NCBI RefSeq assembly: GCF_009914755.1 | Contig: NC_060933.1 | Source: the human T2T-CHM13v2.0 reference genome, Homo sapiens | Length of the DNA stretch: 64,000 nt | Direction: 5' to 3' (one strand) | In this document: positions 1 to 13,999 of the stretch, in pieces | How the letters are laid out: every line of letters begins with the position of its first letter | Position numbering within the stretch: the stretch's first letter is position 1 | Notes under the pieces: model-generated | The model's database searches: none | Told to the model about the DNA's origin: nothing | What the model saw: the letters and a program-made list of their open reading frames with translations, nothing else | Program-made: the position numbers and the translations under genes

Positions 1-451
1 TTTGGGGATCTCAGACCTAGGAGCTCCCAAGCCAGAGCCATGACACCCACTTTGGGACTCCACAATTCGTGGCATCTCTAAGCATCCAGGTGCCACTGCA
101 TTCCCTGGTGCCAGCTGTGGAAGCTGCTTGCCATACGCCTGGTCCAGCCGCAGCCTCACAGGGAGCTGGCATCCATGCTGGTGCCTGGAGCTGCCTGCCC
201 CACCACAGCTGGCATGCCTGGCTGTGCACAGTGGCTGGACCCTGTGCTCACTCACTCATGCACCCCTTACCACTCTGTGCCTGGGTCACCCTTGGCAGGT
301 GTGGGATCCGGGCTGGTAGCATGAGCCAGGTGCACCTGCCAGGCCGAGTGGGTGGAACAAGCCTAGTGGGCCTGAGCAAAACTCGAGCAAAGGTGTCACC
401 AGCCACAAAGGTTTCCAGCTGGTGAAGCAACACCCCAAGGATCCTGTCACA
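1..451 (+). mobile_element. MER52-family LTR (ERV1), 3' part; window starts inside it
   Basis: GC-rich LTR sequence ending ...gaagcaacaccccaaggatcctgtcaca, matching the recalled MER52 3' terminus; L1 ORF2 sequence follows immediately. Confidence 0.75.
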
Positions 452-922
452 GTGTCAAGAACACCCAGTCTCTTCAATAAATTGCACTGGGAAAATTGGA
501 TATCCACCTGCAGAAGAATAACACTGGACCCCTCCCTTTCACCATATACAAAAATCAACTCAAAATGAATCAAAGACTTAAATGTAAGACCCCAAACTAT
601 AAAACTACTGTTAGAAAACATTAGGAAAATGCCTCCTCATATTGGACTAGGCAATGAGTTTTTGGATAAGACCTCAACAGCACAGGCAACCAAAGCAAAA
701 ATAGACAAATGGGATTACATCAAACTAAAAAGCTGCTGCACAGCAAAGGAAACAACAAGTAAAGAGACAATCTACAAAATTGGAGAAAATACTTACAAAC
801 TATACATCTGATAAGGGGTTAATAAATAGTATAAGGAGCTCAAACAGCTCAATAGCAAAAAAACCCCACCATCACCCCTAAAAAAGAAAAAAACAACCCA
901 TAATTCAATTAAAAAATGGGCA
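452..922 (+). mobile_element. Old L1 (L1M-type) ORF2 3' fragment; appears to resume at ~2539-2785
   Basis: Translation fragment [21 protein letters not shown] (629-811) is the L1 ORF2 C-terminal region. Confidence 0.85.
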
Positions 923-2538
923 CATACAAATGGCAAACAGTTATATGAAAAGGTGATCAACATCATTGATCAATAGAGAGATGCAAATCAAAATTACCAT
1001 GAGATATCTTCTCACCCCAGTTAAAATGACATTTATCCTAAAGACAGGCAATAAACGCTGGCAAGGATGTGGAAAAAAGGGAACCCTCTTACACTGTTGG
1101 TGGTAATGTAAATTAGTACAATTACTATGGAGAACAGTTTTGAGGTTCCTCAAAAAACTAAAAATTGAGCTATCAGGTAATCCAGCAATCCCACTGCTAG
1201 CTATATACCTCAAAAGAAAGGAAATTAGTATTTTGGAGAGATATCTGCACTCTCATGTTTATTGCAGCACTATTCACAATAGCCAAGATTTGGAAACAAC
1301 CCAAGTGCCCATCAACAGATGACTGGATAAAGACAATGTGGTACACATACACAATGAAGTACTATTCATAAAAAAGAATGAGATCCTGTGATTGGCAACA
1401 ACATGGATGCAACTGGAGGACATTATGTTAAGTGAAATAAGCCAGGCACAGAAAGACAAACTTCACATGTTCTCACTTATCTGTGGGAGCCAAAAATGAA
1501 AACACTGGAACTCATGGAGTAGAATTGTGGTTACCAGAGGTTAGGAAATGTAGAGTGTGTGTGTGGGGAGGTAGGCGGGATGTGGGATGGTTAATGGGTA
1601 CAAAAAAATGGAAATAATCAATAAGATCTAGTATTTGATAGCCCAATAGGGTGACTATAGTTAATAATAATTTAATTGTACATTTAAAGATAACTAAAAG
1701 AGTATAATTGGATGGTTTATAATACAAAGGATAAATGGTTGAGGTGATTTATACCTAATTTACCCTGATGTGATTATTACACATTATTACACATGCCTGT
1801 ATCAAAATATCCCATGTACCCCACAAACATATATACCTGAAGTGGCATCATTGTCTGGGGTAAATACCCGAGGTTCATCATCTTATGCCAGGAAAATTGA
1901 GGACGGGGACACACAAGAAGTGAGTTAAAGATCAGAGATTTAATAGGAGAAAGAAAGAGAAAAGAGACTAGCTCTCTTGCAGAGAGAGAGTGGCTCCCAA
2001 GTCAATCTTCCATTTCTGTGGTGAAATGCATGGGGTTTTATAGACGAGCTTGACGGGGCGGTGTCTGATTTACATAGGTCCCAAGAGATTGGTTAGACCA
2101 GGTGTGCTGTTTGCATAGTTCAGGAAGAACCTGGCCACCCCACCCTAATCTTTTATTACGCAGAAGGTTTCTACGTGGCCAGCGCAGCCTTTTTACTGCA
2201 CACGTGGCCACAAAGAAAAGGGAAGAGGAAACCTCCATGTTGAACATGCATGCCCCCCAGGTAGCCTTTTCCTATTGGCACAGCTGCCAGCATTTACCTA
2301 TGCAAGCTTCCAGCTTGCTTATTTATGTCTGCAGCTCGATTTTACAGGCTGCTCTTTGTCAGAAAAGAAATGATTTGGGGCTGCTTTTTTGTTACAAGGG
2401 AAGCCTTCCTGAGGACTCTCTTACCCTTACTAACTGCCTAAATAATTTCTTTTTTGCTCACTAACTGCCTAACTAATTTCTTTTTTTGCTCCTGTATCAT
2501 ACCTACAATGTACCCACAAAATTAAAAATGAAAAATGA
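923..2538 (+). mobile_element. L1MA-type 3' end (ORF2 C-terminus + 3'UTR), interrupted by MER50
   Basis: PAIPLL-type ORF2 C-terminal motif, L1MA-like 3'UTR, terminus tacccacaaaattaaaaat resumes after the LTR. Confidence 0.8.
1838..2499 (-). mobile_element. MER50 solo LTR (ERV1)
   Basis: TG...CA termini; reverse strand starts tgatacaggagc as recalled for MER50; 4-bp TSD TACC at 1834-1837 and 2500-2503. Confidence 0.85.
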
Positions 2539-2785
2539 AAAAAATAAGCAAAAGACCTTAATATACATTTCTTAAGAGAAGACATACAAATGGCCAACAG
2601 GCATATTAAAAAATGCTCAACATTACTAATCATTAGGGAAATGCAAATCAAATCCAAGAGAAATCACCTCATTCTAGTTAGAATGGATATTATACAAAAA
2701 AGACAAAAGACAACAAGCATTGGTGAGAATGTGGGGAAAAGGGAACACTTACACACTGTTGGTGATAATGTAAATTAGTACAGCC
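2539..2785 (+). mobile_element. L1 ORF2 3' fragment (continuation of the 452-922 element)
   Basis: [21 protein letters not shown] (2590-2778) is the L1 ORF2 C-terminal region. Confidence 0.8.
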
Positions 2786-2799
2786 TTTCCCATTTCCTG

Positions 2800-3120
2800 T
2801 TTTCCTTCCTTGGCAGGCAGGCTCTCTCCTCACAAAGTGGTTACCAGCTGCGCCAAGTTTACATGCATGGATGGTCTTCAGTGCCTGGGATTGTAAAAAG
2901 GACATAAAGCTTCTTGCCGTGTGTGTATTTCAGTTCCCTAAATCAGATCTCTGATTCACCTTACTTGGGTCACATGCTCATCTCTGAAACCAATCACTGT
3001 GTATAGACAGAAGAGCACTTTGGGGGTAAAGTTGAGGCCACATGACTTACAGCCCCATAGAGGTTATGTTAACAGAAGAAGAGGAGGGAAAACAGGGTTG
3101 ATGAAGCAACTGTCATCCAC
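2800..3120. mobile_element. Degenerate MLT1 (ERVL-MaLR) LTR fragment
   Basis: ggtcacatgctcatctctgaaaccaatcactgtg resembles the MLT1J/K core; boundaries approximate. Confidence 0.45.
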
Positions 3121-4569
3121 TACAACTGTCCCCTCCTGGAGGTGAAGAACAGTGTCTTATTTGCCTTTGTAACCCCAATGTGTAGCAAAAGCTCTAGGAC
3201 ACAGTGGATTTTCAGTACATATTTGTTGAGTGCATGAGCTTGCATTCTTCCTTTTGACACATCTTTATTGCCTAAGTATGTTGATCTGATAGCCGTAGAA
3301 TTTGGTAATGGTATGGAGGAGCAGATTTTGGATATAACCAGAACAAAATATTTGCATCAGAAATAATTTCCTTGCTTGAAAGCAGTTATTTATAATGCCA
3401 GCAGCCAGTTTAAAGTAAAGAATACATGTGAGTAGTGCTTAAAGAGGTGCTTGTTGAGAACACTGCCTGTTGAATAGCAGGTGCTATAAAAATGTTAGTT
3501 AAAGAAATAAATTCTGGGTAAAATGTGGCTTTAAGTAGAATAAGTAAAAAATGTTAGTAATTCTGTATGTTTAAAGTATAATGGCCTAATTACAGTTATT
3601 TAGGGAGGCACCAACACCTGGGAAGCCTCGCATAGGTCTTCAGGCAGACTTAAGTACTTACATATTTTCAGGCATTTTGTGCATATCCCCAGTAAATAAC
3701 TTGTTATACTGTTTCACTGAATCTTAAAATGTCCTATTGAACTACCCTTAGGGGAGGAGGTGTGAACTTAATCTCCAGAGGGCAGAGGTATTGCCTGAAG
3801 CATCCTCCTCAAAAGTGAGAAATTTCTTTGCAGTGTCTCTTTTAATGCAAAACAAAGGCATGCATATTTTGCATTCTGTTCCATGGTATCCCCATGTTTG
3901 TTGTAATATGAACAATCATCTGTCCTTTCCCATTGGAAGCACAGCATTGAAGAAATTCTCCCCAGATGACACAAAGGCAATTTTACATTCTGTAATTCTT
4001 CCCGCCACTCATTAGGCAATTTGAGGCGTTTTCTAAAACTCATGGTAATTTTTATCCAAGGAGAAGGGCACAATAGTTCACAAGAAGGAGTGGAATCCAC
4101 TTTGGTTAAAAAATAATGAGGTCTGTTTTGCATAAGAACAGCTGCTTAATCAGTCTCGGCCCTGTGCTCGCACAAGTTTTGCTGACTTTTTCTTCCAAAT
4201 AATTTTAACAATGCTCACGCTTTCTGGTATTGCCTGAGAATGTGTAGAAAGAACACTGGGTTGGCAAGAGAAACACTGTCATGAATGATCCCTGTACCCT
4301 CAGAAAACCACTTCATCTTGGTTTTCTTACCCATTAAATGAGAAGCTTAAACTCAGTGGTCTTTAAAATCAATTCCACTTACCAAATTTGTTTTTAGCAC
4401 AGGGAACTATATTAGCTGTCCATATGCACCAACTGGACAAATACCTGGTAAAAACTATTGGAAGGAAAAAGCAGACTCAAGAGTTTCAATGTGAGCTGTC
4501 TGTTCTTCTCCTTTGAATGGTGTGATGTAGATGTAGTCTGAATCATAGTTACTTTTTAAATATTTTAAA

Positions 4570-4780
4570 ACATTTATTTAGTGCCAGGTACTCTCCCAAG
4601 ATCTTTAAAAATCCTACCTTATTAAATTGTCATAATATCACACAATGAGATGGGTACTATTATTACCTCCATTTTACAGATGAGAAACCTGAAGCATGGA
4701 GAGGTTAATTAACTTGTCCAAAGTCACAACTGGTAAAGGCAGAGCCAGGCTGGAGCCCAGGAAATCTGGCTCCAGAGTTA
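4570..4780 (-). mobile_element. MIR SINE
   Basis: MIR core ccattttacagatgagaaacctgaagcatggagaggttaattaacttgtccaaagtcaca. Confidence 0.8.
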
Positions 4781-5724
4781 AACTACCATATTATGCTACC
4801 TCTCCATATAATAACAGAGATGCTGTATCTTCTCCTGCTGTGAGGGTAGGCTGCAAACTGTGCCCTGGCATTTATGCTCATGATGTAAAGATAAAGAAAA
4901 TTTGGCCCCTACCGTCCTAGAACTTACAATTCAGTGGAAGAGAGAGACTCATAGACAGCAAATTATAGGAGGAGTGCTTTCAGAGGCGTGAGTGAAGATC
5001 TATAGGAGGTGGAGGAGGCAGTGGTTCTGTCTGGTTAGGGAAAGATAGAGGGCAAGGGGAAGACATACAGGGACAGCTCTGAAGGAACTTGGACTAATTG
5101 TAGGATGTGTATGAATTTACCAGGGAGAGAAGGGAGTTTTGATGAATCTGGAAGGCGATTCTAGCCAAAAGGATCAGTACACACAGAAGTGTAAGAAGGC
5201 CCATGATGCCACCGAAGCTTGGAGATTCCCACCCAAGTAGTACTTTGCCAGGAAGCAGGAGTGAATGTTTCCTGTATTATTTAAACTTTTTACATTGAGC
5301 ATATATTCTATTTTTTAAAAAACATATAAAGCTATTATATTTTAAGCCATGATTGTCCAAGCCGTCCTCATGTGGACTACTCTATGGCCTCCTTTTGAAA
5401 TCCTCATCTTCTCCCACCATCTGTTCTCCCCCCTGCAGCCCGGGTGATCTTTCAGAAAGCCCCACTCTACTTAAACACTCTTGTGGCTTCTCAGACATTA
5501 GAAAAAAAATCTGAGCACTTTACCTTACAAAGCTCTTACCAAGTTCTTTTAATATTATCACTTGAGAACTTGGAGCAGGGCAGAGGTTGATTTTCTACCC
5601 TGTATAATAATAAAGATCAAAGGAGGTCTATTTTGCTCCTAGAGTAAAGATGATTTTATGAAGCTACATATTTTCCTTGAAGAGTCTATTTTTGGACAAG
5701 TGGAAAGAAGCTCTGGGCATAGAA

Positions 5725-5729
<5 letters not shown>

Positions 5730-5771
<42 letters not shown>
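5730..5771. repeat. (AC)21 microsatellite
   Basis: Perfect dinucleotide run. Confidence 0.98.
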
Positions 5772-5773
<2 letters not shown>

Positions 5774-8229
5774 TGACATAAAATTACTTGCTTACTTGCT
5801 AGGTCCTGTTAGGACATCCTTATAGAAGATCAGCATTTGGCATATATTGCCAAAGTGAAAAATGTGTAATAATGAAGTGCCAGATATAAAAGATAGAGAC
5901 TCAGAGGCTTGTATAAATTGCCCAAAGATGGCTAAGAAGAAAAAACTGCTTTGAGCTTTGGCTGAAAAATTGTGAAGTGTGTTCTCTGAATGGTGATGCC
6001 TTCACTGAGTTTTTACTATACACAACATAGGAAAATTGACCCTATGGGGAAGTGGAAGTGTGTCCAAAACATAGAACAGGTGCTTTCCTGAAGGCATTCA
6101 TAATTAAGGAGCTATAAAATATATGTGCACCATAAGCAGTTTGAAAACAACTATAAAGAAAGGAGATTAGAAATACTAGGGTGTCTAGCACAGACCTAAT
6201 GTATATGTGCTGAGGGGTGAAAACAGATGGAAAGGGGCGGCAGGTTCTGGGGAAAGATTCTCACAAGAGACACATTTCGAGCTGGGACTTAGATGATGTG
6301 GATTGTTGCAAAATGATAAGGAGGTCATCTGAGGCGGAGGGCAAGGTTTGAGCAAAGTTAGTGAGAAGGATCCTAGGGAGATATGTACAGGAGAAGGCCT
6401 TTGTGAGCAGGACAGAGCTGTGTTGGCAAAGTTGTGCTTCCATAAACTACCATCAAATATCTAGATAAGAATGAGCATTATGAAAATAAATAGGAATTAT
6501 ACAAAAAACATACTGGTACTTGAAAATAAGCCAATTGCTTCAGGCATTGAGAATTTTGCAATATAATTCCTGGGAAAGAGAGCCTGAGTTGCTTTGCTGA
6601 ATCATTAATTCCTTCAACATCTGTTGAATACTGTGATTCACATATCAGATGCATTTAGGTGCTCCATCCAAAAATATGGTGTAAACACAAATCTTTTTTT
6701 TTTTGGAAAAAGGAATGGTACAAGAAATAAACAAAAATACATACACACCCTATTGTTGGTAGTGATGCATTCCTTCTCAGAATAATATGGTGCCTGTGTG
6801 AATAAGGAAGAAAGATATTTTTAGAGAGATTCTCTCCTCACTTTGGAGTATGAAGACAACACCTGCCAAATTTGGCTCAAAATGATCATTGTGCCTTGGC
6901 AGACATGCACGTGAACAACTGACTCAGCCACAAGGGTGATTTCAAAAGCAACAGCAGTTTCTGGGCATAGGATTTCAGCTCTGAGCATCTGTTGTAACCC
7001 TGTACTATTTCCTTCAATATTTTTAGTAACTTGTAGTTGCAAATGCAAGATTCCTAATAACAGCAGCAATAATGACAGATTTTATGACCCCTAGAACTAA
7101 ACAGTGTGCTTCAGTTATTGAAGAACCAAGTCAAACATTTTTAAGAGCATCTTCTTTCCCAGGTTACACTTGGAAGAAGTAAAATGTATTTTTTTCAATT
7201 GTATCTAGCTCTTTAATGAATAATTTTCATCATTTACTAGTATAAACTGCTAATTTACAACGCAGATTATATTCTGCTATTTTAGCATTCTTTTATAGAG
7301 TTAGTATTTTTTTCTAGGAAAAATATCTTAGGAACACATTTACACCTGAACAGGGATGCTGAACATGGATACTAGTTATTTTATTTTTCTATAAATTATT
7401 TGATCCAAGCATTATAAAAAGCCCACATAAAGACAATTACAACCAGCAAATATAAAAATGGAGTGACATTAAGTCTTTGCTGTCGCCTTTAATGACATGC
7501 TCTGAATGATTATTTCTTCTAGTTAGAGGAGGTATTTGGCCTTATGACAAAACTCATCCTCTTAATTAACCTCAAATGAATGCAAGGGGTATTTTAAAAA
7601 TTGTGGCCGAGTGATTGTAGCCAACTTTTCCCATTTGACATCTGTGAATTCCCAGGTTAGAATTTCCATAATCTGTGTGGAATAGGTTCATGTGTGGTGT
7701 AGAGGAAGGATGGTAAAGTCAGTGTGCATTATATATGTCACTGGCTTTCATTGGGCCTAATTATAGAATGTTGCAATGTTTAAAGTTGTATTAGGTTAGC
7801 AACCTCTGACATAGCCTTCCCCAAGTTTGCATGAATGTGCGTACGGAGGCGCAAAAGAAAATCTTAAAACTATTATACCACCTAAGAAGATAAAAGAAAA
7901 AAAGCTAACTGACAGAAGGGGGATTTAGAAACACCTCCTCATTTCCTTTTCTGGCACACCCATGCTTTACCATATGAAATAGGTATTTGAAAAACAAAAA
8001 CAAAAACACAGCATACTCTGATTCCTCTTCCTTGCCATATGTGCCATCTTAGGGACCCTGGGTCTCATATTTCTTCTGCACAATGATTTTTTAAGATGAC
8101 AAAAGTATCTACTCCCCTATCTTTTTATAATTGTTTATACTAAAGGTTACTGGAAAACAACAGAGTTGGAAGAAGGAGGTGGGTGCTGGCAGGGGGCATG
8201 TTGCCCATTACAGAGGAACAAATGAACAG

Positions 8230-8410
8230 ATGGATCTGGGTTAGAATCTTACTTCTTCTGCTTAATAAATGAGAAACTTTGGGAAAGTGACTTATTCTTT
8301 CTGAGCTTCAGTTTCTTCATCTCTAATATGTGTATAATATTGTCTCTCTTACAGAGTTATTATATGGATTTGAAGTAGAAAGTGTCCTATATAAAGTTGG
8401 CCTATAGTAG
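8230..8410 (+). mobile_element. MIR SINE
   Basis: tctgagcttcagtttcttcatct MIR core. Confidence 0.65.
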
Positions 8411-8415
8411 GTGTT

Positions 8416-8744
8416 TGTCTCAGTCTATTTGGGCTGCTGTAACAAAATACCACAGACTGGGTCATTTATTAAACAACAGAAATTTCTTATTGTTTTGGAG
8501 GCTGGGAAGTCCAAGATCGAGTTACCAGTAGCCTCACTGTCTGGTCAAGGTTTGCTCTGCTTTAAAAATGGTGCCTTTGCTGTCCTCACGTGGTGGAAGG
8601 GGCAAGGCAGCTCCCTTTAACCTCTTTTATAAGGGCACTGCCCTCATGACTAAATCGCTTTCCCGAAAGTCCCACTTCTTAATACTATACGTTATTAGAT
8701 TCCAGCATGAATTTTGGGGTGATGCCAAGATTCAGAATGTAGCA
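8416..8744 (-). mobile_element. MLT1A-like solo LTR (ERVL-MaLR)
   Basis: gggctgctgtaacaaaataccacagactggg and ggaggctgggaagtccaagatc motifs; TG...CA ends. Confidence 0.8.
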
Positions 8745-9045
8745 GTCTTCCAGACATGGTAGCTGTTCTCCACCAGCACCACTATTGTAGTATCCAATAG
8801 GTAAAGCATTATGGTTAGGGGAGGAGACAGGATGATAGATGTTTGTTGTAGTATGTGATGGGGGATGTGATTTTTAATTCATTGGTTGGGTTCAGTATGT
8901 CAGAGACCCAGACATAGGGGAAAGAACTCTTCTCCTCAGAATTGTAGAGCTGACTGCTAGAAGCCAGGATGGAAACCTACACTTCAACTGTAGGTTGGTA
9001 AGTGTGATTCAGGCAGAAATTGGCCAGAATTCATAAACTGGGCAA

Positions 9046-9142
9046 GTTGTCTATGCTGGTCTCAAACTCCTGGGCTCAAGTGATCCTGCTGCCTTGGCCT
9101 CCCAAAGTGCTGGGGTTATAGGCATGAGCCACTGTGCCTGGC
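9046..9142 (-). mobile_element. Alu left-arm/FLAM fragment
   Basis: ctcaaactcctgggctcaagtgatcc...cccaaagtgctgggg...gagccactgtgcctggc. Confidence 0.85.
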
Positions 9143-10575
9143 ACAGTCTACTATTGATGGGCATTTAGGTTGATTCCATGTCTTTGCTATTGTGAGTTGT
9201 GTTGCAATGAATGTGCGGGTGCATGTGTCTTAATGGTACAACAATTTATGTTCCTTTGGGTATATACCCAATAATGGGATTGCTGGGTCAAATCATAATT
9301 CTGTTTTAAGTTCTTTGAGAAATCTCCACACTGCTTTCAACAATGGCTGAACTAATTTACATTCTCATCAGCAGTGCTTAAGTGTTCCCTTTTCTCTGCA
9401 ACCTCACCAGCATCTATTATTTTTGACTTTTAAAAAAGAACAGCCATTCTGATGGTGTGAGATAGTATCTCATTGTGATTTTGATTTGCATTTTTGTAAT
9501 GATTAGTGATGCTGAGCATTTTTTCATATGATCGTTGGCCACATGTATATCTTCTTTTGTAAACTGTCTGTTCATGTCCTTTGCTTACTTTTTAATGGGG
9601 TTATTTTTTGCTTGTAAATTTGATTAAGTTTCTTAGAAATTCTGGATGTTAGACCTTTGTCAGATGCATAGTTCACAAATATTTCTGTAGGTTGTCTGTT
9701 TATTCTGTTGATAATTTCTTTTGCCGTGCAGAAACTCTTTAGTTTAAGTCTCATTTGTCAATTTTGTTTTTGTTGCAGTTGCTTTTGGTGTCTTCGTCAT
9801 AAAATCTTTGCCAGGGCCTATGTCCAGAATGGTGTTTCCTAGGTTATCTTTTGGAGTTTTTATAGTTTTAGGTTTTACATTTTAGTCTTTAATCCATTGA
9901 GTTGAGTTTTGTATATGGTGTAAAGGAGTGCAGTTTCAGTCTTCTGCATATGGCTAGCCAGTTATCCCAGCACCATTTATTGAATAGGGAATCCTTTCTC
10001 TGTTGCTTGTTTTCACTGACTTTGTTGAAAATCAGATGGTGGTATGTGTGCAGCATCATTTCTTGGCTCTCTGTTCTGTTCCATTGGTTTATATGTCCGT
10101 CTTTGTACCAGCCTCATGCTGTTTTGGTTACTGCAGCCTTGGAGTATAGTAAATTGATTTTTCCTATCCATGAGTTTTTCCAGTTGTTTGTGTCATCTCT
10201 GATTTCTTTGAGCAATGTTTTTAATTCTTGTTGTAGAGATCTTTCACCTTCCTGGTTAGTTGTATTCCTAGATATTTTACTCTTTTTGTGGCTATTGCAA
10301 ATGGGATTGCATTCTTGATTGGCACTCAGCTTGCATGTTGGTGTATAAAAATGCTACTGATTTTTGTACATTGATATTGTATTCTGAAACTTTGCTGAAG
10401 GTGTTTATCAGATGAAGTAGTTTTGGGCAGAGACTATCGGGTTGTCTAGGTATAAGTCACATAGTCTATAAACAGAGGTAGTTTGACTTCCTCTCTTTCT
10501 ATTTGGGTGCCTTTTATTTGTTCCTCGTACCTGATTGCTCTGGCTAGGACTCCCAGTACTAAGATGAATAGGAAG
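9143..10575 (-). mobile_element. L1 ORF2 3' region fragment with an internal deletion near 10150
   Basis: [21 protein letters not shown] (9572-9754, -) and continuous antisense L1 similarity. Confidence 0.9.
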
Positions 10576-11239
10576 GCACACCACATTTTTGAAAGAGAAA
10601 TTATATCAGATGAAACACTTTCTAAAAGAACAGTAATTTAGAGGGGTTTTGTCCGGTAACATATTACAATGTGTTACAAATCAGAATATGGAAAAATGTG
10701 TGTTAATGGACTAATGATGGACGTATTAATGAAATTGAAGGCAGAGTCCTCAATAGATCCATGTGATAAAGATCACACTTAAAATAAGTGGGAAGGAAGA
10801 AAGAAATATATCGTAAGTCATGCTAGACAGCAGAGGAAACTGTTTAGGAAAAAGTTTTACCTAAAATAAATTCCACCTGAATGCAGATATAAATGTTTAA
10901 AAAGACCTGAAGTAAATTGGGTATAGAACAAGTAAATAAATATAGAAGAACTGGCCTAGATGTACGTGTCTATGTCTAAATTTATATCTATACTTACCTA
11001 CATTTATATCATCTGAAAGTGTGAAAATCTAAGGATGGCACAACAGGCAGAAGCCATAAGAAAATGGAGGACGATTTTGCACATAAAGAATATAAATCAT
11101 AAATAAACACCATAAATAAAAAGACATATGCATGAATGATGTATTACTTTTGCAGTCTGCTTTCTGATTTTTCTACAATGGGAATTATAGTTGGTGTTCT
11201 CTAAGAGGACCAGATATACAGATGATGACAGCAAGGCAG

Positions 11240-11480
11240 TAGAGCATGGAAACTGAGGGGACTTCAGTGGCATATAACCTCTGTTCCAATCCTGGGATAC
11301 TTCTTGTGTCACATTAAACAATTTAACCTAGCTTGTCTGTACCTCAGTTCCTTGATCTTTGTAATGAGTAGTAAAACCTACCTTAGAGTTGTAAGAATTA
11401 AATGTATTAATGTGTATGCATGGCTGTTAGGATAGTGCCTGTTATTTAACGAGCACTTTAAGTGATAGCTATTATTATCT
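11240..11480 (+). mobile_element. MIR SINE
   Basis: ctcagttccttgatctttgtaatg...agagttgtaagaattaaatg. Confidence 0.65.
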
Positions 11481-12460
11481 AAGACCTTTTCTAGTTTCAA
11501 TGTCCTACAGTCCTGCAGAGGACAAAAGAATGAATGGGAGCTTGGCACAAACAATCCCTTTCCCAACAGAATAACTAACTTTAGAAGAGACTATCAGATT
11601 CTAATAAATTGTGCTTTTTAGCTCAAGGTTTAAAAGAAGCTTGTGGTTCCAGGCAATGGTCAAATGTGGTCAGTTGTTAGGGCTAAAATTACATTAATGA
11701 CGTTATATAATTTTATATAATGAGGAAAACAGAGCAAGAAACATGTACCTTTTATTATCTGCATAAGCAAAGCAAACATATAAAATAATGGCACAAATTT
11801 TACGGGGTGAGAGGGAGTTGGGAATTGGGAAGGAGACAAGTTCTCTTTATTCTCACACATGGACAATAAATGAAATTACAATTTTCCCTTGATTTCTTCT
11901 CTACATGAAAGCTGAAATCCTGGATATACCTGTCACAAATGATCCTTGTTCTCAGCTTAGTCTTTTATTTTCTATTTGACTCTGTGGTGACATTGATGAG
12001 CTACTTCATCACTTCTCTATTGTTACCCACATGACACACACCTTCCAGAGCTGTGATCAAAAGAATAGATGTGCTAAGGAGAGGATGAGTAATTGTAAAC
12101 CTCCCATGAATCCACATGATATCTGTACCAGGGAAAAGAGGGCGAGGAAGAGAAGTAGCAATTAACTGAAAGACAGCTGTTTTGAAGCTGATTGGGTGGA
12201 AACATATGACCGAAATACATACTGGGTTGGAAGGCCCCCATTTTTTCTTATAAAATTGTGTTTTTTTCCCCTAGTGCCAAAAGCAATATTCACTAATAGT
12301 AGAGAAAAAAGGAAATATAGATAAGTAAAATAACATTACCTATAATCCCAATCCCCAGTTTTATAGAGGATAAAAGAATGAATGGGTATAAGGCAAACTG
12401 CTCTTAAGAATAGAGCATTTTGATGGATCTCTGTGATTTTTTGTACTTCATCTGAGCTAC

Positions 12461-12601
12461 TTTTTTTTTTTTAAGTTAAAGACAAGGTCTCATTATGTTG
12501 CTATGTTGCTCAGGTTGTTCTTGAACTTCTGGGCTCAAGTGATCCTCTCACCTCAGCCTCCTGAATAGCTGGGACTACAGGTGTGTGCCACTACCCCCAG
12601 C
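12461..12601 (-). mobile_element. FLAM (Alu monomer)
   Basis: Poly-T followed by a single antisense Alu monomer. Confidence 0.85.
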
Positions 12602-12619
12602 TATAGCTATGTTTTTTTT

Positions 12620-13060
12620 TTTTTTTTGAAAAAATGTATTCAAATGATATTTGGTATTTTATACTTCTTTTTCACTTACTGTATTACAAACATGTCTGTA
12701 AAGAATGGTAAAGCATTTATGAACCAAATTTTAATAGCTGCATAAAATTCTATTATATAATTCCATTATAAATATCATAATTTATTTTACTTATTTCCCA
12801 GTTTTGGACACTCAGATTACCTATATCTTATACTTATTTTTATGTAGAAATCTTTGGGCACATGAGTTATTTCCTTAGAATAAATTCCTTGAAATTACAT
12901 TGCCAGGTCAAAGTTTATGCATATTTTAAGGAGCTTGATACTGTGCCAAATTGCTCTGGAGAAAGGCATTATCAATTTATGCCTCCACCAGCAGTGTATA
13001 TAAGAGTGCCTAATTCCTTTTGTCTTTGACAATTCTAGGCATTCTAATTATTTTTTATCT
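12620..13060 (-). mobile_element. Ancient L1ME-type 3' fragment
   Basis: gccaaattgctctggagaaagg...gcctccaccagcagtgtat antisense L1M motifs. Confidence 0.6.
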
Positions 13061-13491
13061 TTGTGTTCTTATTGAACTAACCCTGCCCTCACAAAGATTT
13101 CATCTAGAAGGAGACAAGACAATATACAGACAATTTCAATTTACAGTGGTTATCTCTATACTAGAGGAAGTATAGGGATCTACTGAAGCCTGCAGAAGAA
13201 GCACCTTAACTAGAATTTGGAATTTTCTCATTACCATTTTAATCTACATTTCTTTGATTACTGACAGGTTTAACTTTTTAAAGTAGGTTATTCACAATTT
13301 TAATTTCTTCATTTGCGAATTACAGGTCTGTGAAAATAAATCTAGAATCTGTCAACTAAAATCACATTGAAAAACACTTTTCACAATTTGTACATTCAGA
13401 CATGATGAATGTAACTGGAAGACCTTACCTTTTTTCAAATATTATTTCATCATTTAGTTAACTGTATTTTTAAAATAGATGGTCTTTATCA

Positions 13492-13909
<418 letters not shown>

Positions 13910-13999
13910 TCAGCAATATCTAACATTCTGAAACATGTTTATACCTAATAACTTTCACCCTTTTTAGTTTTATTCTACATTTTCCTGAAATCCTAGCCC

